A stretch of 64,000 nt of DNA from Acutalibacteraceae bacterium (GCA_045632485.1 JAZQWT010000155.1:7626-71625); one strand, 5' to 3'. Shown: positions 8,967 through 18,314, numbered from the stretch's first letter. Notes: generated by a model from the sequence alone, not told the origin. Made by a program: numbers and translations.

Positions 8967-9971
8967 TTAAGCAATCTTATGTCTAAGACAAGCAAGAGCA
9001 ACCTTCTTGTGGTCTGTTGCAAGTTCCCAATTTGCAGGGTTTGCAAGGTCAACATTTGCAGGGTACTTGTGTGCTGTATTTGCATAAGTACCGTCTGACT
9101 TCCAAGAAAGTCCACGGGGAGTGATAATCTGACACCAACGGTGAATAAGAATGTTCTTTGCACCGAGTTTGTCACGGTCTGTTTCAGTTGCAACAAAGCC
9201 CGCAGGTGAACCGTCCTGTCTGATGAAACTGTTCTGACCGAGGAAATAAGTATCATAAACGCCGTCTGTTACGGGCATACCATCATCGACTCTAATCTGA
9301 TAGCCGAGGTAGCGTTCCATTTCAACCGCAGACTGAGAGGGGTCGAAAATAGGATTTCTTGTAATCATACCCTTCTTCTGAAGATAGGTATAAACAGCAG
9401 AGTGCATAAATACCATACCGAGAGAAGCGTAATGGTCGCCAAGTAACTGCTTTGTATCAAGTGTAGCGGCATCGGAAATACAAGCGGCTTCGCCTGTTCC
9501 TGCTGAAATATCATTAAGATGTTCTTTCAATGCACCGTCTGTGCCGAAAAGACCCTTAAGAATAGAAAGGTAAATTGCCTGTTCCTTTGAATTTCTCCAA
9601 TCGGCAAGCATTTGACCAACCGCAGCCATAGGGTCTGCACCGCTGAGAACCTGTGCAAGGTCTGTTGAACCCCAAGCCTTCTGTCTGATAAGAAGTGTTG
9701 CCTTTGCTTCCTTAGTATCAACACCACCTACAGATACATCTTCCTCACCGAATACTTCATCATCACCTGCAAGAGGGTCAAAAGAGGGAAGGTAGATAAA
9801 TCTGCCACCTTCGGGAGAACCGTTAATAAGTTGTGCTACTCTTGCATCGGGAGAAGCAATACCCGAATTTACAAAAGTGTTAAGTTCGGTTGTACGGTCA
9901 ACAACATACTGAGAAAAATGTTCAGGAATTGTCACCATATTTGCAATAGTTGTAAAATCATTTGTAGGCAT
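8967..9971 (-). CDS. Major capsid protein
   Basis: 334-aa ORF immediately after the scaffold gene with a strong SD. Size and position are typical. Confidence 0.7.
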   Translation of the reverse strand: MPTNDFTTIANMVTIPEHFSQYVVDRTTELNTFVNSGIASPDARVAQLINGSPEGGRFIYLPSFDPLAGDDEVFGEEDVSVGGVDTKEAKATLLIRQKAWGSTDLAQVLSGADPMAAVGQMLADWRNSKEQAIYLSILKGLFGTDGALKEHLNDISAGTGEAACISDAATLDTKQLLGDHYASLGMVFMHSAVYTYLQKKGMITRNPIFDPSQSAVEMERYLGYQIRVDDGMPVTDGVYDTYFLGQNSFIRQDGSPAGFVATETDRDKLGAKNILIHRWCQIITPRGLSWKSDGTYANTAHKYPANVDLANPANWELATDHKKVALACLRHKIA

Positions 9972-10010
9972 AAATTAATTTCCTCCTAAAAGTTTTTTGT
10001 AATTTGTTTT

Positions 10011-10700
10011 TTATTTGTTTGCTTCTGCTTTAAGTCTTGCTGCAAGTTCGGGATTTGTCTGAACCAAGCGAATTTGTTCCGTAAGATTAAAACTTTCTTT
10101 CTTAAAGGGATTTACACCGTTGTTAAGTGCGTTGCCCTTTGCAGGTGTATAACCGCCTGCCTTGAAACGCTTATCTACTTCTGTTGCAACATCTTTTTCC
10201 TTCCAAGCCTTAAGCAAAGATACCATATCGTCAATTTCTGATTCATCAGCACAAGCCGCAACAAGTTTTTCCATTAATAACATTGCTTCCTCGCTGTCGC
10301 TGATTTCAGCCTTTTTCATCGACTTTACGGCATACATTTTGTTTTTCTCAAAGGCAAGTTCTTTACGCTGTTCTTCAAGTTCCTGCTGTTGACGCTCAAA
10401 TTCATCTTGTTTCTTTTCTTCTTCTGTCAATATTTTCTTTTCCAAACGCTCGACTTTTCTTTGAAGTTCCGCTTTTTCTTTGCGTTCTTTTGCCATTTTC
10501 TTGTCAAGTTCAGCCTGAAAACGCCTTGACTGAGTAATATCTTCTTCAGTCTTTTTTTGCTCTGTTACAGGGTCAGTTTCAGTCACAGGGTCAGTATCAG
10601 TTACAGGGTCAGCATCTTTGATGTTTGCTGCCATTTCGTCATACTCTTCCTGCGTGATTGCACCGCTGTCTAAGAGTGCTTTGAGTTTTTCGATTGTCAT
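10011..10700 (-). CDS. Scaffolding protein
   Basis: Acidic, coiled-coil-rich protein with DPVT(D/E)T tandem repeats. ATG 10700 has a GGAGGAAATCAAAATG SD. Lies upstream of the capsid gene. Confidence 0.65.
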   Translation of the reverse strand: MTIEKLKALLDSGAITQEEYDEMAANIKDADPVTDTDPVTETDPVTEQKKTEEDITQSRRFQAELDKKMAKERKEKAELQRKVERLEKKILTEEEKKQDEFERQQQELEEQRKELAFEKNKMYAVKSMKKAEISDSEEAMLLMEKLVAACADESEIDDMVSLLKAWKEKDVATEVDKRFKAGGYTPAKGNALNNGVNPFKKESFNLTEQIRLVQTNPELAARLKAEANK

Positions 10701-10911
10701 TTTGATTTCCTCCAAAATCCGTATAGAATTTGTTCGCCCTCCATATAGAAAGGCATTTTTATACAATAAAAAAGCCCTCTACCGTATAGATAAAGGACTT
10801 TATTATTTATTATGTAGCCGCTACGCTGTATCTTTTCATCAGCCATTTGTGAAGAAAGGAGCAAAGACACAAATACTTAACTTCTCACGCTTCAATACCC
10901 GCTTGCGGCTT

Positions 10912-10998
10912 TGGTGCAGGGAGAGGGACTTGAACCCTCACGGTATTGATACCAACGGGGCTTAAACCCGTTGTGTCTGCCAATTCCACCATACCTGC
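10912..10998 (-). tRNA. tRNA-Leu (anticodon UAA), class II, encoded CCA
   Basis: Hand-folded cloverleaf: anticodon arm ACGGG-UUUAAGC-CCCGU, long variable arm GGUAU/AUACC, T arm GAGGG-UUCAAGU-CCCUC. One U-C mismatch in the acceptor stem. Confidence 0.8.
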
Positions 10999-11005
10999 TG
11001 ATTAT

Positions 11006-11090
11006 TGGTGCTGATAGTGGGACTCGAACCCACACGCTGTAAAAGCAACGGTTTTTGAAACCGTCTTGTCTGCCAATTCCACATATCAGC
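11006..11090 (-). tRNA. tRNA-Leu (anticodon CAA), class II, encoded CCA
   Basis: Acceptor GCUGAUA/UAUCAGC. Anticodon arm ACGGU-UUCAAAA-ACCGU. T arm GUGGG-UUCGAGU-CCCAC. Confidence 0.8.
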
Positions 11091-11098
11091 ACATCATT

Positions 11099-11185
11099 TG
11101 GCGGAGAGTCAGAGGCTCGAACTCTGAACCCATTTCTGAGCAACGGTTTTCAAGACCGCCCGACTACCATTTATCACAACTCTCC
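11099..11185 (-). tRNA. tRNA-Ser (anticodon UGA), class II, encoded CCA
   Basis: Acceptor GGAGAGU/ACUCUCC with G73. Anticodon loop CUUGAAA. T arm CAGAG-UUCGAGC-CUCUG. Confidence 0.8.
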
Positions 11186-11189
11186 GTAT

Positions 11190-11264
11190 TGGCGGGGGTA
11201 GTGGGAATCGAACCTCACATCAACGGAGTCAAAGTCCGTTGTACTGCCCTTGTACTATACCCTC
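11190..11264 (-). tRNA. tRNA-Gln-like (anticodon UUG) with aberrant T stem
   Basis: Anticodon arm ACGGA-CUUUGAC-UCCGU with G73-CCA. The T stem pairs only if one A is bulged (GUGAGG vs CCCAC). One A-C mismatch in the acceptor stem. Confidence 0.55.
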
Positions 11265-11361
11265 TCATTAAACGGTCTATAAAACTCTTGCAGAGAAACA
11301 TAACCGCTCTTGTGCGTCAACAATGTTTTTTAATCGAGGCTATATTATGAAAAAAAAGAGG

Positions 11362-11562
11362 TTAAAACCAAATTGCTAATTCTGCTTCAAGCATTTTAGC
11401 GTGCCCTACAGCCGACTGCCCGTTATAGCCGCCTTGCTGCTCTTTCGTTTCAATGTAATTTATGTCATTTTCTCGCCGTGCAATTTCTTCTAATGCTTCG
11501 GCATTATCACTGTATTTTTCTTTGAGTTCTGCAATAATTTGTCTTGCTGTTTTTTCACTCAT
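11362..11562 (-). CDS. Small hypothetical protein
   Basis: 66-aa ORF with SD. Preceded by a TAGTCA-17-TATAAT promoter-like sequence at ~11585-11615. Confidence 0.5.
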   Translation of the reverse strand: MSEKTARQIIAELKEKYSDNAEALEEIARRENDINYIETKEQQGGYNGQSAVGHAKMLEAELAIWF

Positions 11563-11645
11563 TTATCATCACCTCTATTAATTATACTAAAAATAATTAA
11601 TTTTGACTATTGACAGAATCGACAAAAAATTGTATTGAAAATAGG

Positions 11646-13244
11646 TTATTTTTGCCCTTCCAACAGTTTGTCACGGTATGCTAAAGCATCGTCATATTCA
11701 AAAGTTGGTAAATTGTCAACATCAGCCTGTGAAGATAATTTATAAGCCTTTGCAGCGTTTTTTTGTATTACCGTTTCTATCGAATCCGTGTTTTTCATCA
11801 AAACATATACATCAGGTCGGGTTTCTAACAAAAACGGGTCACTTACATAATCTGCATTGAACGCAACACGGGCAACAGGCACATAGCCGCATTTTTCGTA
11901 CATATTCACAAGACCAACGCCGTAACAGTCCATTTTAACGCCGCCGTTTGCTCTTGCTGTTATGATAAGGTCATTGACTGTGCCTTTTTGCTTCCAATTG
12001 CTGTTTTTGAATACTGCGGTAATATCCCCGTCAGGCTTCACCGCCACACCTGCCATATCATTTGAAGCAATAAAGCATTTATATTTTGCCGCTTGTTCAG
12101 GTGATACAGGGTCAACGCTGCCGCCGTGCTTATTTGCCCTTTTTGCAGATTCAATAGCATTTGAAAATCTTTCACCGTTGGTTGTTCTAACAAGTTCACA
12201 ATCCGCAATACCGTTTTCGTTCATTAACTGCCTTGTAGATTTGTGTAAACTTGCAATTTCAACGGCTTTTCCTGTTGCTTTCTGCAATTCTTCGGGAGTC
12301 ATTAAATCATATTCAATAGTACACCTACAATTACAATCGTGCCTTGCATAGCCGCTTTCACTCGGACACCTTGCATATACATTTGGCTCAAGTTGAAATT
12401 TATCACCGACTTTAATAGTAACACCGTGCATTTTCATATGATTTGCACCGTTTGTGCTTAAAACGGTTTTCCAACCTTTTTTGGTTTTATATCTTCGTTG
12501 CGGTCTAACTCTTTCATCTTTCATTGTTCGCCATATAGCAACATAAATTAAACCGCTGCCCTCTAATCCCTCTGCTATGTTTTCTGCACAATCCATAAAG
12601 CCGCTTTCGGTGTTTCTGTGACTTTCTGTGCGTACTATATTCAATGCCTTGCCGTAACTTATATCTACCCTTTCGGATATACGCTTTGCCATTTGGTCGT
12701 ATCTGTCGCCGTTCATCAAACCTGTAGTAAGTTCTCTTTGCAACTGATAAATTATGTCCTGTCGGTGTTTCTCCAAAACGGCAGGCAAGGTTAATTTGCT
12801 TATGTTGTTATTTACCGCTTGCTGCAACACTTCGGGACGAACAGATAAATCCTGCGTAACAACTGCCAATTTGCCGTTTTCTTCGGCTATTTGGAGTGCT
12901 TCTACCATTCCCTCATAACAATTTATATATGTTGCTTCTACAAGGTCTAAAATTTCCTTACGAAGTTGCGGTGAAATGCTATTAACATTTTCAATCATTT
13001 CTTCAAGAAATTTTGCCCGCTTGTTTTGTGCATCTAAATACGAAATAAAAAAACGCCCGTCTTTATCGCTGTATTTCTCATATCCTTCTGCAAGGAAATT
13101 ACGCAAGTCTTTCATTAAGGTGCGATACATTGCTTTTATTTTATCTTCGCTCAACTTTTCTCTGTGTTCCTCTATTCGCCTTATGTCATACAACAGGTCT
13201 TTAAGGCTTGTTTCGGATTTCGGCAACATATCGCCCCCTTTCAT
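11646..13244 (-). CDS. MuF/SPP1 gp7-type head morphogenesis protein fused to a C-terminal GNAT-like domain
   Basis: The N-terminal ~330 aa end in the MuF-type ...HMKMHG...CNCRCTIEY signature. The C-terminal ~185 aa carry the pattern ITAVFKNSNWKQKGTVNDLIITARANGGVKMDCYG..LVNMYEKCGYVPV. Lies directly after the portal gene. Confidence 0.7.
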   Translation of the reverse strand: MKGGDMLPKSETSLKDLLYDIRRIEEHREKLSEDKIKAMYRTLMKDLRNFLAEGYEKYSDKDGRFFISYLDAQNKRAKFLEEMIENVNSISPQLRKEILDLVEATYINCYEGMVEALQIAEENGKLAVVTQDLSVRPEVLQQAVNNNISKLTLPAVLEKHRQDIIYQLQRELTTGLMNGDRYDQMAKRISERVDISYGKALNIVRTESHRNTESGFMDCAENIAEGLEGSGLIYVAIWRTMKDERVRPQRRYKTKKGWKTVLSTNGANHMKMHGVTIKVGDKFQLEPNVYARCPSESGYARHDCNCRCTIEYDLMTPEELQKATGKAVEIASLHKSTRQLMNENGIADCELVRTTNGERFSNAIESAKRANKHGGSVDPVSPEQAAKYKCFIASNDMAGVAVKPDGDITAVFKNSNWKQKGTVNDLIITARANGGVKMDCYGVGLVNMYEKCGYVPVARVAFNADYVSDPFLLETRPDVYVLMKNTDSIETVIQKNAAKAYKLSSQADVDNLPTFEYDDALAYRDKLLEGQK

Positions 13245-13256
13245 AGACTTTTTCTA

Positions 13257-14936
13257 TCATTGTGACACATTATCTGCCTGATTATTGCCGTTTGCAAGAA
13301 TATCTTGTATTTCGTCCTCAGAGCCTTCCTTTGCTCCTAAACCTAACAAATCTCTTATATCATCTTCAGGCAATGAAATAGCCCGTTTTAACATTTTGAG
13401 TGCTGATTCCTCGGAAATTTCGCCGTTTTTGATTTTGTCAGCATACTCTTGTATCATATTGACCTGATATTTATATAATCTCGCCTGTGACGGCGTTTCT
13501 GCATCTTGATACAATGAAGCGGCTTCTTTTTCTTCCTCAAGCATTTCCATAATGTAATCAACATCGTCAACATCAGCAATCTTGGAGAATACCCACTTTT
13601 TAGGCATACCTGCTGCAATATATGCCTGTGCTGTTTGTGCTTCTGACAATCTATCCAACGGGAAATTACGGTTAAATTCCATAACAAACTGCAACGGGTC
13701 TGCTGCAACATTCTTTTTCGCCCAACTTGAACAAAGGACTTTCCACATATGCTGTGCTGAGTTCATAACATTTGCTTCAAATGTCGCACACTTTGTTTCA
13801 AGACCGTGCAACTTAAATTTAAGCGAAACCCCGCTTGCAGTTCCGAATGTCGTATCATTCAAATTAGGCGTTCTTGAAAATCTGTAAATATTATCTTCAA
13901 GTCGCAATAAGTGGTGTTCTGTAAAAGCGTCATTTATCTGCTTTGTAACCCATTTTACAGGCTCATTGACCGCCATACTTCCAACGGGCGGGACAACAAG
14001 CATACCGCTTTGCTGTGCCTTTTGAATAACTTCATCATCGCAGTTCATACTTATAAGCATAAGAGCGTGTACAAAACCCTCAATTTCGTTTGAATTATCC
14101 GACACAACCTTATCATAATCGTCTATCAGCGAAAGCACTTTTTCAGCATCACCAATACACTCCGCATTGTTTGCTATTCCCTGTAAGGGGCAATAATCAA
14201 AAAAGTGCGGCTTTGCTTCTCCGTTTTTCGCCAATGAAGATAAAGAGTCGCCCTTGAATGTCGTTATGCTCTTATCATCGTAAAAATCAGCCGTCCAAAA
14301 TTCGCTGCCGTCTAATTTATGTGACTTATAATAACGAATTGCAAACTCAGGCTCAGAAATATCCGTTTCAGAAAGTATTACAGTTTCAAAACCGTGAACG
14401 GGCATTACTCTTTCATTGCCCTCTTTGTCAATATAGAACAATCTGCCCGAATAACCGTATATGCTTGCGTTTTTGGTTGTTTCCATATCCACGCCGAACA
14501 TATTATTTCTTGCGATAAAATCAGTAAGTGCTTTTTTTGCTACATCTACCGCTTTTTCGCCGCCTGTTTCTTCTTCCGATTCTTCTGTGTCGCTATAACT
14601 GTATGAAATCGGCTCTCCTGCAAAGTAACCAACCTTAAAATCTACTATTTCCCCGAAAAAGTCATTGTTTACCTTGTTATTTATCGGGTTATCTTCTTCG
14701 TATCGGGGCTTTCTTGCGTGTATCGGGAGTCCATTTACTATAGCCATATAACGCCTATATAAATTTTGATTATAAATAGCATTAAACTGATGTTTTCTTA
14801 AAATGTCACACAACAGGCTCTCGGTAATGCCGTTTTCCCGCAATTCTGCCAACTCTGCCGAAAATTCAGGTACAAGTTCCTGCTCTGTTCTGCCCGAAAT
14901 TTCAAAAGCATCTTTTGTGATTTCTGTTTCTGCCAT
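13257..14936 (-). CDS. Portal protein
   Basis: 559-aa ORF between the terminase and MuF genes. Size and position are typical of SPP1-type portals. Confidence 0.75.
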   Translation of the reverse strand: MAETEITKDAFEISGRTEQELVPEFSAELAELRENGITESLLCDILRKHQFNAIYNQNLYRRYMAIVNGLPIHARKPRYEEDNPINNKVNNDFFGEIVDFKVGYFAGEPISYSYSDTEESEEETGGEKAVDVAKKALTDFIARNNMFGVDMETTKNASIYGYSGRLFYIDKEGNERVMPVHGFETVILSETDISEPEFAIRYYKSHKLDGSEFWTADFYDDKSITTFKGDSLSSLAKNGEAKPHFFDYCPLQGIANNAECIGDAEKVLSLIDDYDKVVSDNSNEIEGFVHALMLISMNCDDEVIQKAQQSGMLVVPPVGSMAVNEPVKWVTKQINDAFTEHHLLRLEDNIYRFSRTPNLNDTTFGTASGVSLKFKLHGLETKCATFEANVMNSAQHMWKVLCSSWAKKNVAADPLQFVMEFNRNFPLDRLSEAQTAQAYIAAGMPKKWVFSKIADVDDVDYIMEMLEEEKEAASLYQDAETPSQARLYKYQVNMIQEYADKIKNGEISEESALKMLKRAISLPEDDIRDLLGLGAKEGSEDEIQDILANGNNQADNVSQ

Positions 14937-15080
14937 TTATTCACCGCCTTTTTCTCTTTTTTTGCTTGTAATTCACTATTTTTTTATCAAAAATGACCTT
15001 ATTTGTGCCGTCTATGCGTTCAAGTCCACACCGCCGACAAACAATAATATCATTCACTTTTTGCCATATATGACTGCACA

Positions 15081-15437
15081 TTATAAGCACCCTGCTTCTT
15101 CGTATGCTTTATATATTTTGGGAATCTGAACAGCAAGCCAATCTATCATTTCTTCATTTTTCGCCCAAGCACCGTCACAAATAAATGAACAGTCTTGCAA
15201 TCCGCTTTCATTGAAAAATGCGTGCACTATTTCGTGTCTTATTACTTCTTTTTCACACTTCTCAACAGTTTCCGCTTCTTCGTGTTCCCAACCTTTGTAT
15301 GTACTCATATCACAATAGACAATCTTTTTTTGATAACCGTCACAATAACCCGAAAGGGAGCGTCTATCAAAAACTTCGTCCTCGTCATATTTGAGTTTTA
15401 TAATTTCATAGTTTGTGCCTAAAATGTTTACTGTCAT
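15081..15437 (-). CDS. Small HExxH metallopeptidase-like protein
   Basis: 118 aa with the motif VIRHEIVHAFFNESGL. Lies between TerL and portal. Confidence 0.45.
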   Translation of the reverse strand: MTVNILGTNYEIIKLKYDEDEVFDRRSLSGYCDGYQKKIVYCDMSTYKGWEHEEAETVEKCEKEVIRHEIVHAFFNESGLQDCSFICDGAWAKNEEMIDWLAVQIPKIYKAYEEAGCL

Positions 15438-15439
15438 TG

Positions 15440-16723
15440 TTAAAACCTCTTTCCTGCCCTTGCTTCTGCTTCCAACATCACATTACAAAAGGCATAACGG
15501 GTAGCATCAAGCAAGTGGTTATTTGCGTCAACAGGTCTTGCCATTGCATTACCGTATTTGTCCTCTTGCCAATGGTATTGTTCAATCTCATTTTTGAAGT
15601 TTTGGCAGGTTTTATGAATAATAATCTCATATCCTTGCAGCCAACGAATACCACGGTTTATACTGTCAGCACCCTTTATTGCACCAACTGCCCTTATATT
15701 GTTCGCCACAAGGAAATCTATTGTTTTTGGTTCGGCTGAATCACATATAACATATTGATTGCCTACAAAGGTCTTGCAAACTCTCAAAAGTTCATCATCA
15801 GTCATTCCCGCCTGATACCATTCATCAAAGATATAGATTTTCTTTCTTGCTTTGTCTATATGTGCTTTAACTAATGCGTTAGGGTCACTTGAAAATCCAA
15901 AGTCGCAGCCTATATATATGTTGTCAAATTGCGGTATTCTGTCGCTTAAATCTTCTACACGCCAATTTCTGAAAACAATATGTCCGATAACACCAAAATT
16001 ACCGAGTGTGTAAACTTGGTAATAGTACGGGTCTGTTTCATCTTCAAGCAACTTTCTATCATCAGGTGTCAAATACAAGTTATCCTTGTATGTTGTTTTG
16101 AGTATGCTGATTTTGTCATTTTCAAACCTTGATATATCGTCTTGCCATTCATTGAAAAACTCTTTGTAAATCCAATGTGAACGCAAAATCGGGTTGAAAG
16201 ACAAAATGATAAACTTTGAAATCGGGCTGTTACCTCTTAAACGCTTTGTCAACTGCTTATATGCTTCTCTTTTTATCTCTGTTGCTTCCTCTACCCATAT
16301 ACGGTGCAAAACGCTGTCAATCGGTGTTATTGACTTGATTTTTTCAGAGTCGTCCAAACCTGCAAAAAGTATCTGTCTATTGTTCAATAAGCAGGTAATT
16401 GTCATTATTGACCTGTTGACCTTATAGAACTGTGACAGTCCCATTCTCGATATTGCTTTTGTGACTTCGTTAAATACCGATTTACTGATTGTACTTGCAA
16501 CATTTCGGCATATTAAGTAATTCGCCCCGTTGAGGTTATCCAATACAACCTTTTGGGCTAAAAAATACGATTTACCGCTTGAACTGCCGCCGTAATATAT
16601 CTGTGTCGGCTGTGTTTTATTCAAGTAAGGCACATACACGGGATTTACAACAACATCTATATTTATAAGCAATTCACCGCCTTTTTTATCAAACAAGCAT
16701 AAAAAAACAGGCTGCTTTTGCAA
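15440..16723 (-). CDS. terL: Terminase large subunit
   Basis: Walker A YYGGSSSGKSYFLAQK with a C-terminal nuclease-type region. The true start is probably near 16672 (TTG after AAAGGCGGTG) because 16701-16727 folds as a terminator. Confidence 0.85.
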   Translation of the reverse strand: MQKQPVFLCLFDKKGGELLINIDVVVNPVYVPYLNKTQPTQIYYGGSSSGKSYFLAQKVVLDNLNGANYLICRNVASTISKSVFNEVTKAISRMGLSQFYKVNRSIMTITCLLNNRQILFAGLDDSEKIKSITPIDSVLHRIWVEEATEIKREAYKQLTKRLRGNSPISKFIILSFNPILRSHWIYKEFFNEWQDDISRFENDKISILKTTYKDNLYLTPDDRKLLEDETDPYYYQVYTLGNFGVIGHIVFRNWRVEDLSDRIPQFDNIYIGCDFGFSSDPNALVKAHIDKARKKIYIFDEWYQAGMTDDELLRVCKTFVGNQYVICDSAEPKTIDFLVANNIRAVGAIKGADSINRGIRWLQGYEIIIHKTCQNFKNEIEQYHWQEDKYGNAMARPVDANNHLLDATRYAFCNVMLEAEARAGKRF

Positions 16724-16727
16724 CCTG
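16701..16727 (-). terminator. Rho-independent terminator upstream of terL
   Basis: RNA CAGGUUGC-AAAA-GCAGCCUG followed by UUUUUUU. Confidence 0.5.
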
Positions 16728-16754
16728 CTTTTGTATATCTGTTTTAATTTGTTT

Positions 16755-16988
16755 TTACTTTTGCTGCCGTTCGTTCCACATTTTTATCGCTACTTTTACT
16801 GATGTATAAAAGTTCGTGCAATCGCAAGCGTGGGTTGAACAAGTTACACACCAATAATTTTTTGGGTCATTCATAACCATTCTTTCACTTGTAATATGAA
16901 CATCTTTATTACCGCAATATTTACAAGGCAATAACACATTTTTGTATTTTTCGGTATATTTTTTTGCTAATTTAAATCGTTTCGCCAT
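16755..16988 (-). CDS. Lar-like zinc-ribbon protein (paralogue 1 of 4)
   Basis: CKYCGN...CVTC...C.C with a C-terminal AIKMWNERQ, matching the AxxxWNxR ending of the other three paralogues. Confidence 0.45.
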   Translation of the reverse strand: MAKRFKLAKKYTEKYKNVLLPCKYCGNKDVHITSERMVMNDPKNYWCVTCSTHACDCTNFYTSVKVAIKMWNERQQK

Positions 16989-16996
16989 AACTCACC

Positions 16997-17191
16997 TTAC
17001 ACATTGGCAGTCTTTAACTTATACAAAAATATATCATTTTTTGTGTTTGTTATAACATCTGTAAACCTTTGCAAATATTCATCATATACAAAAAACTTTA
17101 ACTTATAAAACTTTTTCGTTCTTTCAACTTCCTCTTCGTCAATGTCATAGAAATTGCCGCTGTTGAGAAAATACACTCTATATTTGTTCAT
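16997..17191 (-). CDS. Hypothetical protein
   Basis: 64-aa ORF with SD (GGGGGGCGGCAAATATG). Confidence 0.45.
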   Translation of the reverse strand: MNKYRVYFLNSGNFYDIDEEEVERTKKFYKLKFFVYDEYLQRFTDVITNTKNDIFLYKLKTANV

Positions 17192-17205
17192 ATTTGCCGC
17201 CCCCC

Positions 17206-17430
17206 TTAATAACCATTTCTTGCGGGCTTGTGAACTTGTTTTTGATTTAACTGCACTGTTTTACAATATTCTTCAACCTCTTTTTCTGTTTCGCCCCTAC
17301 ATAATTTTCCATATATCGTAAACCATATATTTTCAATTTCTGCCTTTGTTAATTCTCTGTCGGGCTGCTCTTCTCTAAAACGGTTGACAACCAAAATTTG
17401 CAATTTATCTGCAATATCACGCCTTAACAT
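17206..17430 (-). CDS. Hypothetical protein
   Basis: Internal ATG 17430 after AAGGCGGTG is preferred over the track start at 17565. Confidence 0.45.
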   Translation of the reverse strand: MLRRDIADKLQILVVNRFREEQPDRELTKAEIENIWFTIYGKLCRGETEKEVEEYCKTVQLNQKQVHKPARNGY

Positions 17431-17435
17431 CTTGA

Positions 17436-17585
17436 TTACACCGCCTTTGTAACTTCTTTTACAGACCAACCAAAAGAAAGAAATATATCTATCTTCTGTA
17501 AATCTTCTTCGCTCTTTGCTGTAAAGCGTTCTACTGTTGCCGCCTTGCCTTTGCCTTTGCTGCACTCAAATTCTCTTGCCTTCAT
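17436..17585 (-). CDS. Small hypothetical protein (49 aa, below track cutoff)
   Basis: ATG 17585 after AAAGAGAGGTAAACAAGATG. First gene after promoter cassette copy 1. Confidence 0.4.
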   Translation of the reverse strand: MKAREFECSKGKGKAATVERFTAKSEEDLQKIDIFLSFGWSVKEVTKAV

Positions 17586-17609
17586 CTTGTTTACCTCTCT
17601 TTTACTTTG

Positions 17610-17690
17610 TGTCTATAATATAACACTTTTGCAATATAATGTTAATAGACAGTCTGTAAACAATATGTGAATAAACTATGAATAACAAAG
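17610..17690 (-). promoter_or_regulatory. Promoter cassette copy 1 (phased direct repeats, -35 TTAACA, 17 nt, -10 TATATT)
   Basis: -35 at 17640-17645 and -10 at 17617-17622. Upstream repeats TTATTCATAGT, TTATTCACATA and TTGTTTACAGA have an 11-nt period. Confidence 0.55.
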
Positions 17691-17694
17691 GCAT

Positions 17695-17724
17695 TAAAAA
17701 AGCAACCTGCTTTTGCAGATTGCT
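17695..17724 (-). terminator. Rho-independent terminator
   Basis: RNA GCAAUCUGC-AAAA-GCAGGUUGC followed by UUUUUU, after the stop of 17739..18146. Confidence 0.6.
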
Positions 17725-17738
17725 TTATTTTGCTTTCT

Positions 17739-18146
17739 TTATGCTTCATAGCCCCACGGTATTTCAAAGCCCTTTTCATTGATAAATCTTTCAAGCATTG
17801 CTTCTTTCAGTCTGTTTAATGAAGCGTATAAATCACTCTCGAAAAAATCTTCTGTTTCACAAGCCTGATAGCAATAACACTTGATGCAGCCAAGAATAAT
17901 GCCTGCATTAACTTTTACATCTTCAAAGTTATATTTAGGTGTTTTTGTTTCTTCGCTGTATCTGTAATTGACTGACTTGTAATTCTGCTCTAAGAGTGAC
18001 TGCCCGATGCCGTTTCTCAACTCTTGCATATTAATTATAATCTGTACGGGCTTTGTGTAGCCCTCTGCTTTGTACTCTGCATTGTAGATTTCAAAGCCCT
18101 TGACGATTGCGTGAATTGTTTCATTGTTTACGATGTAAGCACTCAT
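17739..18146 (-). CDS. Hypothetical protein
   Basis: 135-aa ORF with good SD. Contains a CYCYQACE motif. Forms its own promoter-terminator unit. Confidence 0.6.
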   Translation of the reverse strand: MSAYIVNNETIHAIVKGFEIYNAEYKAEGYTKPVQIIINMQELRNGIGQSLLEQNYKSVNYRYSEETKTPKYNFEDVKVNAGIILGCIKCYCYQACETEDFFESDLYASLNRLKEAMLERFINEKGFEIPWGYEA

Positions 18147-18164
18147 TTTGATTACCTCTTTCTT

Positions 18165-18240
18165 TATTTGGTATCTTAATTATATCACCATTGTGTTATA
18201 ATGTCTATTTGCAAAGTGTACAAAGAAAAAGTTTTTATTT
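18165..18240 (-). promoter_or_regulatory. Promoter cassette copy 6 (degenerate) in a divergent control region
   Basis: TAGACA-17-TGaTATAAT on the minus strand. Sequence is homologous to copy 4. Plus-strand genes diverge from the same gap. Confidence 0.4.
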
Positions 18241-18314
18241 GTGCATTTTGTCAATAGATTATATTACATTTGTGTTATATAATATAAGTACATTATAAGA
18301 AAGGCGGTCAAAAA

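Noticed and set aside
8936-9727. Nested minus-strand ORFs 8936..9256 and 9527..9727 inside the capsid gene, and similar nested ORFs (3080..3277, 6414..6623, 13454..13711, 20598..20825, 37797..37985, 39947..40138, 47147..47383, 50688..50960, 51244..51462, 51934..52164).
   Set aside because: They are alternative-frame ORFs wholly inside longer genes with clear identities. They have no SD and biased composition.
10555-10620. Tandem 18-nt repeats (acagggtcagtNtcagtN) considered as a possible CRISPR or VNTR feature.
   Set aside because: They lie inside the scaffold ORF and encode DPVT(D/E)T repeats. There are no spacers and no repeat-spacer periodicity. No CRISPR array was seen anywhere in the window.
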